The translations under genes and the position numbers were made by a program. The notes under the pieces are model-generated. The model did no database searches. It was not told where the DNA came from and saw nothing but the letters and a program-made list of their open reading frames with translations. This document shows, piece by piece, positions 1 through 13,900 of a stretch of 64,000 nucleotides of DNA; position 1 is the first letter of the stretch, and every line of letters starts with the position of its first letter. The stretch comes from Eledone cirrhosa (taxonomy: Eukaryota). The stretch spans positions 34,100,001-34,164,000 of the forward strand of contig OZ024742.1 in assembly GCA_964016885.1 (NCBI GenBank). Direction: 5' to 3'.

Positions 1-180
1 CGGAGGGGGAGTCAATCACGTGATACAGCGGTCAAGAAACAGAGCTAAGCCTCTTATAACCATGAAAAAATTACCACGGAGGCGGAGGGGGTACTTATAT
101 CAAAGCCGTAGAAGAGGTGGCTCAGGTGGCGAGAAGTATGAGTAATTATAGCATTCCAGCACTGACTACACGCATCTGTG

Positions 181-280
<100 letters not shown>

Positions 281-287
281 ATAATAA

Positions 288-372
288 ATATATATCAAAT
301 ATATTTCAGAAGATCCCGTTAAGGGTGAAAGCACCGATTCTTTGCTTAAACTTTAATCTGTTATTTTAATAA
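288..372 (+). mobile_element. Fragment of the non-autonomous Helitron family (subterminal segment)
   Basis: gaagatcccgttaagggtgaaagcaccgattctttgcttaaactttaatctgttattttaata is the near reverse complement of 23215-23275 and 23390-23450 inside the Helitron at 23047-24953. Confidence 0.65.
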
Positions 373-376
373 ATTA

Positions 377-463
<87 letters not shown>

Positions 464-566
464 TGTGTGTGTAAAATCTATACAGAAATAACAAAAAATA
501 ACTAACCAAACGGCACAATACATGGGAGAAATATATTAGTTTAACACTTGAAATAGCAGGAAGGGA

Positions 567-603
567 GTCTTAACGTTTTGGACACTTGTCCTTCATCAGA
601 AGA
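567..603 (-). ncRNA. Degenerate minimal hammerhead ribozyme motif in a probable PLE 3' fragment
   Basis: Minus strand: tctt CTGATGA a-ggac-aagt-gtcc AAAAC-GT-T aaga. Stem II is ggac/gtcc; GAAA is mutated to AAAA. Confidence 0.55.
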
Positions 604-750
604 TATAGTTAGAAATAGAAGATAAATTGAAAGTAAAGAGTGATGATAGGAAAGATCGAGAAAAATCAGAAAAAAAAAGTTGGGGAGAGAAAAAAACAAG
701 CGGCATTTGTGACCATATTCGGACTGCAATCTGTACTATATGTGTGCATG

Positions 751-898
751 TGAACGTGTATGTGTCCGTGTGTGTACATACATATATATAAGACTGACAT
801 GAACGTGTATGTGTCCGTGTGTGTACATACATATATATAAGACTGACATGAACGTGTATGTGTCCGTGTGTGTACATACATATATATAAGACTGACAT
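751..898. repeat. 49-bp tandem repeat, 3 copies
   Basis: tgaacgtgtatgtgtccgtgtgtgtacatacatatatataagactgaca starts at 751, 800 and 849. Confidence 0.9.
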
Positions 899-995
899 AC
901 ACTCTGCTTCATCCTTCGCTAAAATATCGCAAACACTCAGCAATATTTCAATCTACTCTAACGGGGAGACTCTCATATTTGTATGTGTCTATATC

Positions 996-1059
<64 letters not shown>

Positions 1060-1118
1060 CATGTGTGTGTTTATGTGTGTGTGAATCAACTGTTTCAGAA
1101 AAGAAACAACATAGATAA

Positions 1119-1300
1119 ATAATTGTTTCTACTTTAGGCACAAAGCCAGCAATTACCCAGTACATTACTGGTACTTTATTTTATCGACACCTTAAGGATG
1201 AAAAGCAAAGTTAACCTCAGCGGGATTTGAACTCAGACTGTAAAGGGACGTAACTATGCTAGAAAACATGGTGTCCAACCCTCTACCGATACTGCCAATT
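1119..1300 (-). mobile_element. tRNA-derived SINE, family A (Meta-like central domain)
   Basis: Reverse complement carries B-box-like gagttcaaatcc, the core tttcatccttaaggtgtcgataaaataaagtaccagt and the tail gtagaaacaatt. About 20 copies occur in the window. Confidence 0.85.
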
Positions 1301-1573
1301 CAGATAAATAATGCACTCTAAAATAGAGGGATGGTCGTGGTTCGAAATCTTTTAATCATACGTCTGTTCGATATATGTAGAGCTAAAACGAAACTGCACG
1401 CAAAATAATAACAAAAGGAAAGAATCAACATCAACAAAAAACAACAATAAAAAAGAACTATATATATGTGCGGGAGGGAGTGAGCGTCTGTGTGTATGCG
1501 TGCGAGTATATGTGTTTGTTTGAATGTAAGTATGTATTTATGTATGTATGTAGGTATACAGTCAAACAGTTAT

Positions 1574-1685
<112 letters not shown>

Positions 1686-1795
1686 AAGTTATATTTAAAA
1701 TTGTTGGGTTACAACTAGTAAATATTTATAACTGATATATATATATATAATGAAATAGATATGGTTTTATAAATATAGTTTTCCATTTATTTAAT

Positions 1796-1853
<58 letters not shown>

Positions 1854-1860
1854 AGTTTGA

Positions 1861-2110
1861 AGAACAGTCAGATAAAATATATTCAATTTTTCTTCTCCTT
1901 AGTCCGTAGAAATTAACTAGATAAATAATGTTTAAACGGAGCTAAGTTTAAAATGTAACTTTGAAGAAATAGCAGATAAATGTCACAGACTTTCCTCTGT
2001 GAGGAACAGTCAGATAAAATTTACCCAGTCTTTCCTCTCACCCCGTAGAAATTAATTAGACAAATAATCAATTAAACGGAGCTAAGTCTAAAATGCAAGT
2101 TTGCAGAAAA
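1861..2110. repeat. Diverged tandem duplication (about 140-bp unit, 2 copies)
   Basis: gaacagtcagataaaat...ccgtagaaattaa..tagataaataat...aaacggagctaagt occurs at about 1862 and about 2004. Confidence 0.75.
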
Positions 2111-2219
2111 CATGTATATAAACTTTACCAAGTCCCGACTATCGATAGCTTCCCTCGTACTTTGTGGATATGTCCAATCCTGGTATTATGCATGAGGTTT
2201 CGAGCTACTCAAGAGACTC

Positions 2220-2256
<37 letters not shown>

Positions 2257-2370
2257 ATAACTCTGAGACCTATCTTATCGAGTGCTTCGCTAACCCATCA
2301 CTTCATATAAGTAGGCCGAATTACTTGCAAACCGCCGCCAGAGATTCGATTTTACTGATTCCCATGATTC

Positions 2371-2468
<98 letters not shown>

Positions 2469-3078
2469 TTATATATATATATATTAGAATTGGTGCTCCG
2501 AAATAGCGATATATATATGAATGTATATGTAGTGTATTTTGCAATACACTGTATGCTTAATTAAAAGCATTTTGAAGACCTTACACTATTGTTTTAAAGT
2601 AGTGACAATGTCACTTACTTTTATTTTCATCAAAAAAGATACTAGACCTTGTTAAAAGTTTAATTATTGGCTATAAGCTGCACGTCTGGATAGTCTAAAT
2701 ATCTTTATCTTCACTAATATGTCTGGATAGTCTAAATATCTTTATCTTCACTATCATCTTGATATCAGCAAAAGATAATTTGCCTTCTTTGATTTTGTGT
2801 GTCAACTAATCGAACTGCACTACACAGTTTCCAGCTAGACACCTTATAATCTGGTAGGTATTGTCTATTGTGGATTAACTGTACAATAACAACGACACGA
2901 AAGTAACAGATTAACACATACTGAACTCAGATGCTATCACTGTTGTTGTACGAAAAGTAGCTTTACAGACACACACACATACACACACACATACACACAT
3001 ACACACACATACACACACACACACACATACACACACATACATACACGCACGCACACTCACACACATATACATATATAT

Positions 3079-3109
<31 letters not shown>

Positions 3110-3166
3110 CATATATATTCATATATATTACACACACACGTATTAAGCTTGAAAAATCTATAGTAG

Positions 3167-3201
<35 letters not shown>

Positions 3202-3213
3202 TATATATAGTAG

Positions 3214-3388
<175 letters not shown>

Positions 3389-4128
3389 ATTACTATAAAT
3401 TTTCCAAGCTTAATACTGTTGAATTACTATATCATGCAATATATTTCTTATCAGTTCACGAAACATCAGCTTTATGACAGATGCGGACATCAGCATTGGA
3501 AAGATTATCCATTTCCAAAGTGACCAGGTGCAAATGTGAAATAGCAATGTGAGTTTACTTATATTCATTGAGTTCAAACCACTCAATCTAGGTGTATCGT
3601 TGTACTTTGGGTTAAGTTTAGTAAATAACGTATATCTATGTAAATCTAAGGTCCTCAATTCACTTAGATCAGTGGTTCTGAAGGTGAGGCTCTTGCAGTA
3701 ACAATATGTGTGTAGCAATATTTGTAGTGGAGCTATATATATTTACTTGGTCTAATCATAATGCTCCAGGATGTTTTTTTGTTTTTGTTTATTCATAAAA
3801 TCGATGTGGTTTATGGGACACAAGGTTGAGAAAAAATGGCTTAGGTGTTCAGAATACTTATTAGATCATGTGTATCTTAATGTGATAAAATCTCAACATA
3901 GTTCCGATCCTTAGAAACGTGTTGGGGCTTGTAATATGGTGGTGATATCTCACTCCTATATCAACCCTCAATGAACGGACTTATTAAAGATCTTTCGGCC
4001 GTGAGCACCCGATTTGTTTTCACAGTAACAGCATGGTATGATTATTATCCAACGTATTTTTTGCTTTTTAATGATAGTAGCGTAAGGTTTTTTAAGGTTT
4101 GGGTGCAATATTTAGCAGTTAGGTAATG

Positions 4129-4216
<88 letters not shown>

Positions 4217-4218
<2 letters not shown>

Positions 4219-4300
4219 GTATATACTCGCGTATAGGTCCAGCTTCTTTAAAGATAAATAAGTATAAATTTTTGGGGTGCGACCTATCCGATCGATATCA
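4217..4300 (+). mobile_element. Single end of a Tc2/pogo-like DNA transposon
   Basis: TA|CCGTATATACTCGCGTATAGG directly after (TA)n resembles Tc2/pogo TIRs; the other end was not found. Confidence 0.45.
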
Positions 4301-4734
4301 GACTGACAAATGATTTTTCATAAACTTAATCAACGATGGGTATTTCTAAAAATAACTTTGTTAATATTTTTTTATTATTTAACATAATAATTTCATATAT
4401 ACCTTCTTATACATATATTTCTTGATTTTAAATTTTTTGCTAAAACTTCGTAGTGTTTACGTTTTTTTCTATCTGACCGAACCATCCGTCATTAAAATCC
4501 ATAGAAATGCATCCCCGGTATTTAAAATGTGATTTCATTGTCTTAGCGTTGCTATGAACACGTATTGTGATATCAGGTGAAAAGAAATAACCAAAGGTGG
4601 ATCATTGAAAAGACCTGGCTTGAGATTAGTGGTGGAATGGGTGAAGGAGGCTCAAAACTTAGACGGGAACAAAAACAGAGAGGCAGTACAAATAAGTGTT
4701 TATTAGGTTCACGCTTTTGAGAGGGGGGAGGGTG

Positions 4735-4768
4735 ACGACATTTCGGGCATAAGCCCTTCATCAGGAGA
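4735..4768 (-). ncRNA. Minimal hammerhead ribozyme motif (PLE-type)
   Basis: Minus strand: ctc CTGATGA a-gggc-ttat-gccc GAAAT GTC. Stem II is a perfect gggc/gccc; stem I is weak. Confidence 0.6.
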
Positions 4769-5019
4769 AAAGTGGGAAGAGAGTTCCGAGGGTGTGTGGG
4801 GGAGTGGTGGAAAGATATTTAGAAAAAAGGGGGTGGGGGAGAGAAAAGGGAGGAAAAACGACTGAAGAAGTACAAATAAAAATAAAATAAACATAAAAAT
4901 AAACAAGTGGTGGAAGGTTGTGGGGCGTGTAGGGGTGGTGGCGGGTGGAGTTGGGACAGGGAGGCGGGGGATCCGAGCAGGGAGGGCTGAAGGTGGTGTT
5001 TGTGTATGTGTGTAGGTGT

Positions 5020-5061
<42 letters not shown>

Positions 5062-5295
5062 GTAAGTGAATGTGAGAGTTGGGGGAAGAATGAGGTTCCA
5101 TGTTCAGGAAAAGGTGTGTAGTGGGGTGAGTGTGTAAGTCGGTGTGTGCGTGCGTGTGGATGGAGAGGGGTCAGAGGTGTGTTTGGGGGGGGGGGTCCGG
5201 AGGCTGAGTGTGTATATGCGGGGATGCACACGTGTGGGTTTGTGTTTATACATGGTGTGGATGTAGGTGGCGTGGTTCGAAAAAAAATTGTGAGT

Positions 5296-5336
<41 letters not shown>

Positions 5337-5497
5337 CTGAACTTATACCATTAAGTTCACATAAAGATATGTCACTATCTTTACACCAATTATGATATTT
5401 TATCTGACGAAAGCGTACTAAAATATTAGTAACCTTGAAATACATATAATAAAACAAGTATGGTTTTATAAAGATATTTTCTATTTATTAATGTTAT

Positions 5498-5965
<468 letters not shown>

Positions 5966-6167
5966 TATATATATATATTTATTTATTTGTTTATATATTA
6001 AAATATATATTAAAATATATATATGTATATATGTATATACCAAAGGTAAACGGAAACAATAAAGTAAACAACACAGTACAATTAAGAAATATTTTAGTTT
6101 ACAAGCTAACACACATACATACAGACAGACTGATACACACACAAACACACACACATACGCACACACA

Positions 6168-6214
<47 letters not shown>

Positions 6215-6259
6215 ACAGACACACACAAACACACATATATAAATGACCTCTACCCTATA

Positions 6260-6296
<37 letters not shown>

Positions 6297-6299
<3 letters not shown>

Positions 6300-6485
6300 T
6301 TTATCCCGCGATCAATCGAGGGTAACCAGAGTAAGTAAGGTTCTCAATACATTGCAGAGTATAAATATTAAATATAGAAATGGCTTCTACAGGACTAGAA
6401 CTGTTTCATTCTTTCATTCGGGAGAAATCATCAAGAGGCTTGATGATTTCCCCCGAATGAAACAGTTCTAGTCCTGTAGAGGCCA

Positions 6486-6488
<3 letters not shown>
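6297..6488. mobile_element. Fold-back hammerhead cassette (family H1), homologous to 41107-41302
   Basis: Inverted arms at about 6379-6435 and 6439-6487 contain TTGATGA...GAAACAG-ttctagtc-CTGTA. Flanked by (TA)n and (TC)n. Confidence 0.8.
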
Positions 6489-6574
<86 letters not shown>

Positions 6575-7009
6575 CCTGAAACCCACTTACAGATGACCAG
6601 ATGAAATTAAAAACAATTCGTCTATTATAATACTACTGCAAACAATACATCTAAACAACAGTACCTAGTTCCCACTCCCCACTTTCTATACACATACACA
6701 TACCCAAGCAAAATCTCTGTATGAGAAATTTTGATAACAAACAGCATTTTTCTGAAGAAGCTTAACAAACAACCAGCTCGATTTACTGAAACATTATAGC
6801 TCTGTTTTAAGAAGCTGAATAAATATAACAGCACACTCATTCGTACATAATTGTTTCTACTTTACAGCCGACATCAAATGTTCACAGCCTCCATCGATAG
6901 TAGAACGTCTTTCGCAGGCAGCCGACATCAAATATTAGATTGTCCCGAAAGTTATGAGCGTTTTTTGATATGCAAAAAGGGATATAAATAATTGATCTTT
7001 CAATAAAAG

Positions 7010-7590
7010 ATTCTTTCTAATTTTGGCACAAGGCAAGCAATTATCCTAGTGCATTACTGGTACTTTATTTTATCGATCCCGTAAAGATGAAAGACAAAGT
7101 TAACCTCGGTGAGATTTGAACTGAGATCATAAAGGGCCCTCAGCATTGACTACACCCTCCTCTAGAAATCTATGGCCTAACGCTTATTTTATAATTAAGT
7201 CGGACACCATGCTTTGCAGCATAGAGGTACGTCCCTTTATGATCTGAGTTCAAATCCAGTCGCGGTTAACATTGCCTTTCATCCTTACGGGGTCGATAAA
7301 ATAAAGTACCAGTCACGCACTGAAGACGTTTTAATCGACTTTCCCCTCCCCCCAAATTACTAGCCTTGTGCCTATATAAGAAACCATTATTATTCAAACA
7401 CAATGCTTTACAGCATAGAGTTATGACTCTTTGCGTTCTGAGTTTAAATCCTGCCGAAGTTAGCTGTGCCTTTCATCCTTATGGGGTCGATAAAATAAAG
7501 TACCAGTCACGCACTGGGGTCGATTTAACCGATTTTCTCTTCCCTCCAAATTGCTGGTCTTGTGCCTATATGAGAAACCATTATTATTGC
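7010..7590. mobile_element. Cluster of three family-A SINEs (about 7010-7140 minus, 7197-7392 plus, 7405-7590 plus)
   Basis: The core cctttcatccttacggggtcgataaaataaagtaccagt is repeated in both orientations. Confidence 0.85.
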
Positions 7591-7780
7591 GATTACTGTT
7601 AGGGCCGTGGATTGATTGGCTAGTTTGTTGGGACGGCGAACACAATGCATTATGGTATTTAAGTATATCCGTTGGCGGCCTGAACTCAAATCCCACCGGG
7701 ATTCACTTTCTTTCTCTAAAATCGATAAAAAAAAATTACGACAATACCTGTCAAATAGTGTAATACGTTGCTAAATCCTA

Positions 7781-7957
7781 CATCATCATCACCATCACCA
7801 TCATCATCATCACCATCATCATCATCACCATCATCATCATCACGATCATCATCATCTCCTTCATCATCATCACCATCACCATCACCATCACCATCACTAC
7901 CGTCATCATCATCACTATCATCATCACCATCAACATCACCATCATCATATCATCACC

Positions 7958-7991
<34 letters not shown>

Positions 7992-8005
7992 ACACCACCA
8001 CCACC

Positions 8006-8058
<53 letters not shown>

Positions 8059-8066
8059 AGTCACTG

Positions 8067-8097
<31 letters not shown>

Positions 8098-8223
8098 CAT
8101 CATCAACACCATTATTATCATCATCATCATCACCATCACCATTATTATCATCATCATCATCATCATCATAGTCACTGTCACCATCATCATCACCACCACC
8201 ATCATCATCACCACCATCACCAC

Positions 8224-8255
<32 letters not shown>

Positions 8256-8343
8256 ACACCACCACCACCATCATCATACTCATCATCATCACCACCATCA
8301 CCATCATCATCATCCTCATCTTCATCATAGTCACTGTCATCAT
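7781..8343. repeat. (CAT)n/(CAC)n compound microsatellite
   Basis: Trinucleotide array with a recurring catagtcactgtca interruption; it explains the poly-His, poly-Asp and poly-Met ORFs. Confidence 0.95.
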
Positions 8344-8704
8344 CCTTTTGTGCCATTAGTTGCTCACGATAACTCGGATATATCCTCAACCCAGCGCCAT
8401 TTCATCCTAACCCTCGCTGCCGTAGTTTTCACCAAAAATGTGGAGATTTCTGCACAGGTTAGACGTTGATGTTTATTATTAGTAAACACAGAAGAACCAC
8501 CCTTCAGGTGGTTTTCTGCTAGCATGTGTAGTGTGTATATTGATATTATACGCAAGTGTATATGCATGTTGATATGATACATCAAATACAATCGTAATTG
8601 ACAATATATTCCTAACGATCGACTTTCGTCAAATCGGACCGAGGAAACAATGTTTCCATTGGTCTTTCCAGTTGCTAATACTATCTATCGGTCGCAACTC
8701 CAGG

Positions 8705-8812
8705 TAGAAGGAGCAACGTGAAATAAAGTGTCTTGCTCAAGGACATAACGCATCGCCCGGTCCCGGAATCGAACTCACAACCTCACGATTGCGAATCCAG
8801 TTCTCTAACGCC
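8705..8812 (-). mobile_element. tRNA-derived SINE, family B (head fragment)
   Basis: Reverse complement gtgagttcgattccgggaccggg...ccttgagcaagacactttatttcacgttgctcc matches 19700-19830. Confidence 0.75.
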
Positions 8813-9958
8813 TTCACTGACAATATATAATACATATAAATTGAACGAAGTCTGTGTTACACTGTCTTATGTAATCAGTAACGTAATCCATGATACATTA
8901 AAAAAAGATGATATTATATATAAACTGCATTAGGAGAAAATTAGTGACGGAAATATATGAATGTTTTTTTAAGCGATCGCTAACCGGAAGTGTTGACATT
9001 TGAAAATTTTAAAGAAGTGAATCTTAAAATAAGCAATAAAATTATTTATATTTAATCAAGAATAACGAAATTTAGCAGATAAATTATGTAATATTCATTC
9101 ATTATTTATTCAAAGTAATCCAAATTATCTCGCTCTCCTTACTTTATTTTAGTTTAGATTAGTCAAGCGGGATCAGTATGACTACAACCCTGACATGACC
9201 CAAACCAAACAGAATGTGGAGGAGTTCAACAAGGAGGGGTTATTCCAACAAGAATAAGAAAGGCCTGGATATGATTTGATTGGCATTATATAGCATTCAT
9301 ATACACCCAGATCTACGTATGAATTGTTTTGTTTCGTGAGAAAGAATGCTTTCATAAAGATTATTATTAGTTTCAAATAAATGGACTCTTCCTCGCCTTC
9401 ATATCCAAATTTAAAATCCCTTCCTTATAAATTGATGTAACATACAATGAACATGAAGAATAATTCTATATAATGTGTATAATAATTCTATCGGAGAGTT
9501 TCGTATCAAGCAACTCAAAGTGACTTGCTAAGTGAATATTGCTAATAAAATTTTCATTGATACCAGATCTTGCACGTATAACAACGCAAGCAAAACCAAG
9601 AATAGCGAGCCAACTCAAAATTTAGAACATTCAAATATTCGCTTTGATTGAATCAAACTCAATCAAGCGGCAATAAAACATGGCGAGAATGAATGTGCTT
9701 CGAAGTGAGTCGAATTGAGATTTCAAAGTGAGACGAAGTAATAAATTTCTCCTTAAAGAAAGAAAAGACAAACAAACATAAAAATACACTACTTTATAGT
9801 TTGATGAGCATTTTAAATCACTGTGTAGCATCCATGATATACATATAGTATTTAAGTACTAGTAATATTTTATTTCATACGACTAATACTTGGTAAACGT
9901 TCATACTTATAAATAGATACATATGTACACCCACACACAGACACACAGACACACACAC

Positions 9959-10047
<89 letters not shown>

Positions 10048-10920
10048 CATATACATGCAGAGTACATATATTTACGATTGACAGTTAAACATCAATATAA
10101 TAACCATTAGTAGAAATGTCATTATCACAAGTTATTTCAATATGTCTAATAGATTTAAACTAAACTAGTAATAAAATAACATAATAAATGTGTATAACAT
10201 TCATTAAAATCAAATCGTTCTCCTTATATGTAATACTAGCTGAATTACCCGGCGTTGCCCGGGTTACTGCTGTTTTTATTCAGATTAGGAAACAATAAAT
10301 ATGAAGAATTTTTTTTTCTCATATTCACTTTACATAAAATATGTCAAAGTTGTAATGATAATAGAATTTAGAAATGAAAATCTCTTCAACCCGGTTTTAC
10401 CATCTTCTTTTCTCAACCAAGAAACCAACAAAAATCACAAAAGGGAACACAAAAAAAATATATATATTAAGAATAGCAAACAGAATCATTTAACGGATGA
10501 TAAAGTATTGTAAAGTTGTTGGAATAGCCTGATAGAATGAGATGAGCAACTGCCAGAAGCACAGCAGCAGCAGCAGTATTTCGAACTGTCCACCATTTAG
10601 GTTCGTAATCTTCAGTTTCGATATCAGATTTATGAGAGAGGTATATCGTGAATTATTGAGTTTTATCGATTTATTTGTTTGCGTAATTGGGGATCTATTT
10701 TAAATATATAAATTCTGCATGACCTAATTGAAGCTATTTCGAATATTGATAAGTAATTTTCCATTGAAGGAAGTGTTTTTTTTAATCGTATAGAAAAGGA
10801 ACATGCACACACACTCGCTTTTATAGATAATGATATATATATATCTGTATGTGAGTGTGTGTATTAGTTTGTATATATATAAACTCTTTTTGTGTTAAAT
10901 CATCTCAGTGGTAATGCACG

Positions 10921-13900
10921 TTACAGGACCTCTTTGTAGACTATGTTGCGGGTCATACCGTTGGGTGTGTATGAAAAAAGGGAGTCCTTACTCCCAACTC
11001 GCGAGCAGGCAACATAAAGTTGGCCATGAGCAAAGCAGGGCTCTTTTAGATGAATGCCCGCCACGGACAAAGTTTGACCCTGAGATTTGTTTATGGTGAT
11101 CGCGAAGCAGGGCCTTACGGGAAACTGATGTCGCCTAAAACCTATCGGGATGTCCGTGGTCGAAGGTTGGATGCTTAGTCTTGGGATCATGACGGTCTCA
11201 CCTTTACCACAACCAGTTAAAATGGTTGCTTCAATGAGATGGTTCGTTATTGATTTGACTACCATTCGAGTGCCGTTGCACTGTTTTGGGGGGCGCATGT
11301 TACACATAAGCATACTCGGACTGCCGACCTTGAGCTTCAGGGTGTGGGTGGGAGACCTGGGGGGTCAAGGCTATTCAAACACTCTACTGGGTAATCCGTC
11401 GCCTCCTGTGGATCGGTGACGCCGTCTATAGACTTAAAAATTTTCTCTTGGGTTGGAATCATGCCGAGTAGCTCTTCGTTGAGAGCATTAACAGCAGAGT
11501 TTTTTGGGGCTAGGATGGCTCTTGAACTAAGCCAATCTAAGTTAGTGTAGTTAACCTGTAGGTTTGGAAAAACAGCTTCTAAAAGGGCCTGAGGACTGTC
11601 AACTAACTGTATTACTGACAGATGCCAGCGACACCTCACCCTTTTCGTTGGAAGGAAGTCGACCTTCCCCTATAGCTAGGATGGCCTGGCCGAATTCAGC
11701 AGACATGCTGTCCCCGAGCAACTGCGCCCGCATGTTAACGCTCAGGCGGAGTGTCCGAACGATAGGCCAAAGCGTCGACGACTTCAGGCATGCGCGGACT
11801 TCATCAGCCCTTGTCCCTTTGGGGATAACAGGCAGCGTTTGCCTGAAGTCACCCGAAAGCAGTAAAGTAACGCCACCCAAGGGTGCCGAGGAGTTCCTGA
11901 TATCTTTTAAACTCCTATCTAATGCCTCCAGAGCACCCTTATGTGCCATGGTGCATTCGTCCCACACAATGAGGCAACATTTTGCGAGAAGTGCCGCTTT
12001 GTCGGAGTGCTTGCTAATGTTGCACGTCGGCGTATCAGTTCTTGCGATGTCCAACGGAAGGTTAAAGGCAGCATGAGCCGTCTTCCCTCCAGGCAGAAAG
12101 GTAGCGGCGATCCCCGATGAGGCGACCGCAAGGGCAATCTATTTTTGTTGTCGAAGACGCGCTAAAATGAGGGAGGTAACAAAGGTTTTGCCTGTACCGC
12201 CAGAGGCATCAAGAAAGAAGACACAACCTAATCCACCCAGTGCACTGTCAACGACAGTCTCATAATCAACCCTTTGCTCGGGAAGAAGCTTACGTTCATT
12301 TTCATCTAGGAAAGTTGTCCACATGGCGACATCGTAAGATGTCTCCAACAGAATATCTGGACCCAGCACACTAACATTCTCCCTGCTGGCGGCTGGCAAG
12401 CCGTATGTTGGCAAGTCATTCCCCCCTAGTTGAAGGAGCTCTTCTTGGATGGAAATTAGCCCTTGGTTGTAAATGATTTCGGTGAACCCCACTTCTAAAG
12501 ACGGATTTTGCCGTTTGGCTGTGCGGAGGAAGTCCTTGCACAAATCGTCCCTGTACTTCAGCCAAAGAGTTGAAGGGTTAGCTAAGCCACAATTGTGCAG
12601 CAAAAAGGCAAACAGTTCCCTTAATTTCTGTGGGGATTTCAGCAGAGCACCATCGGCGAGGGTCGAGTCCCATTGAGAGTCATCTTCCAAGAGACCAAGC
12701 CTAAAGCAGGCTTCTCGAAAAGTGTTGCAAAGTTCCCCGTTTACTGTTTTTAAGTCAAAGAAACCTTGCGGCCCCTTGACCTCGTGCAGAAGAATGCGCA
12801 GGTGAAAGCACTCAGGTTGGGTTGGGGGAACCGTGTAGACTCTACTGAGGCAGTCAGAAAATTTAACTCTCGGATGCGATTCAACTGCCTTACCAGTTTT
12901 TCGTCGTACCCAGCTATTGCGGCGCCAAGTGAAGTAGGACGGCACCTCAGGGTAAATTAGAGTTCTCGCAAAAGCGTCTACGTGACAGAGCTTAAAGAAA
13001 GCGGTGAACGTGGTTTCTTTGGGGTTAGCCGCAACTTGAGCAGCATTTGCGGCCGTAAAGTAAACCCGATGTCCGTTCTCTAAGTGGACCGCCAGGTTTG
13101 TGATTTTGGGGTACCTTTCATGGATAGAAAAACCAAAAATTCGCCAAAACGCTTCGTTTGTACTTATGTACCGGGCCGATAGGTACTCACTGACCTCGAC
13201 CCAGTCGGACTGGAGGGCGAATGCGGCGGAATCGCAGCCTTGTTGACGTACTTGCAAACATATTTAATCGATTTAACTGAGCTACAGAATTCCACATTAA
13301 TGTGGGCTTGGAACGTCGAAGTGAGAAGTGGACAATAGGGGACCATCCATCGATTGTCGACTTGCTTGCCCTTTACAATGGCAGTAAAACCACCGTCTTC
13401 AGGCGACCGGCGCCTGTACAGGGGATAGCCGTCGTGCCCTGTCTGGGTCTCTGAAACAAATTTCCTAGGGTACCTCTTACTACAGATCCCGTCTTTCTGA
13501 CACGAATGGTTAGAACCCGGATAACAGGGTCCGTGTATCATGGAAGTCGTGACGACGTCGAAGAGTTCTTTGTCGGTGGCAGGGTTGGGGATCTCTGCGC
13601 AGATAAATTTGTCGATGTCGTTAGAGTTGATCTTGTTCAGCAGCCACAGTAACAGATGAATGTGAGGCAGGCCCCGTTTCTGCCATTCTACGGTGTACGT
13701 ATGGCATCTAGCAGGGCCGAAGATGTTGGCTTTTGCACAACATACCTTCATTTTCTGTATGTTCCTCTCGAAAGCCCTCGCTATGAGGTCAAGGCGGTGG
13801 TGGTATGACTGCCCTGGAAGGAGTTCTCGGGTGATCTCATCCGCCTTCGGGTTGCACGTGAAGGTGATGAAGAGGTCAGGACGGCCGTAGGCTCGTACGT

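Noticed and set aside
2684-2752. Direct repeat of about 33 bp, 2 copies (also an 18-bp doublet at 63963-64000)
   Set aside because: Ordinary local slippage duplications; the second is cut off by the window edge.
6934-6975. Mariner-like TIR (tattagattgtcccgaaagtt)
   Set aside because: No partner TIR or transposase found.
7768-8469. Poly-His, poly-Asp or poly-Met protein
   Set aside because: Translation of a (CAT)n microsatellite; a similar (GAT)n tract lies at about 50200-50290.
9150-9420. Possible exon(s) in unique sequence
   Set aside because: Short frames on both strands with no recognisable motif or consistent splice sites.
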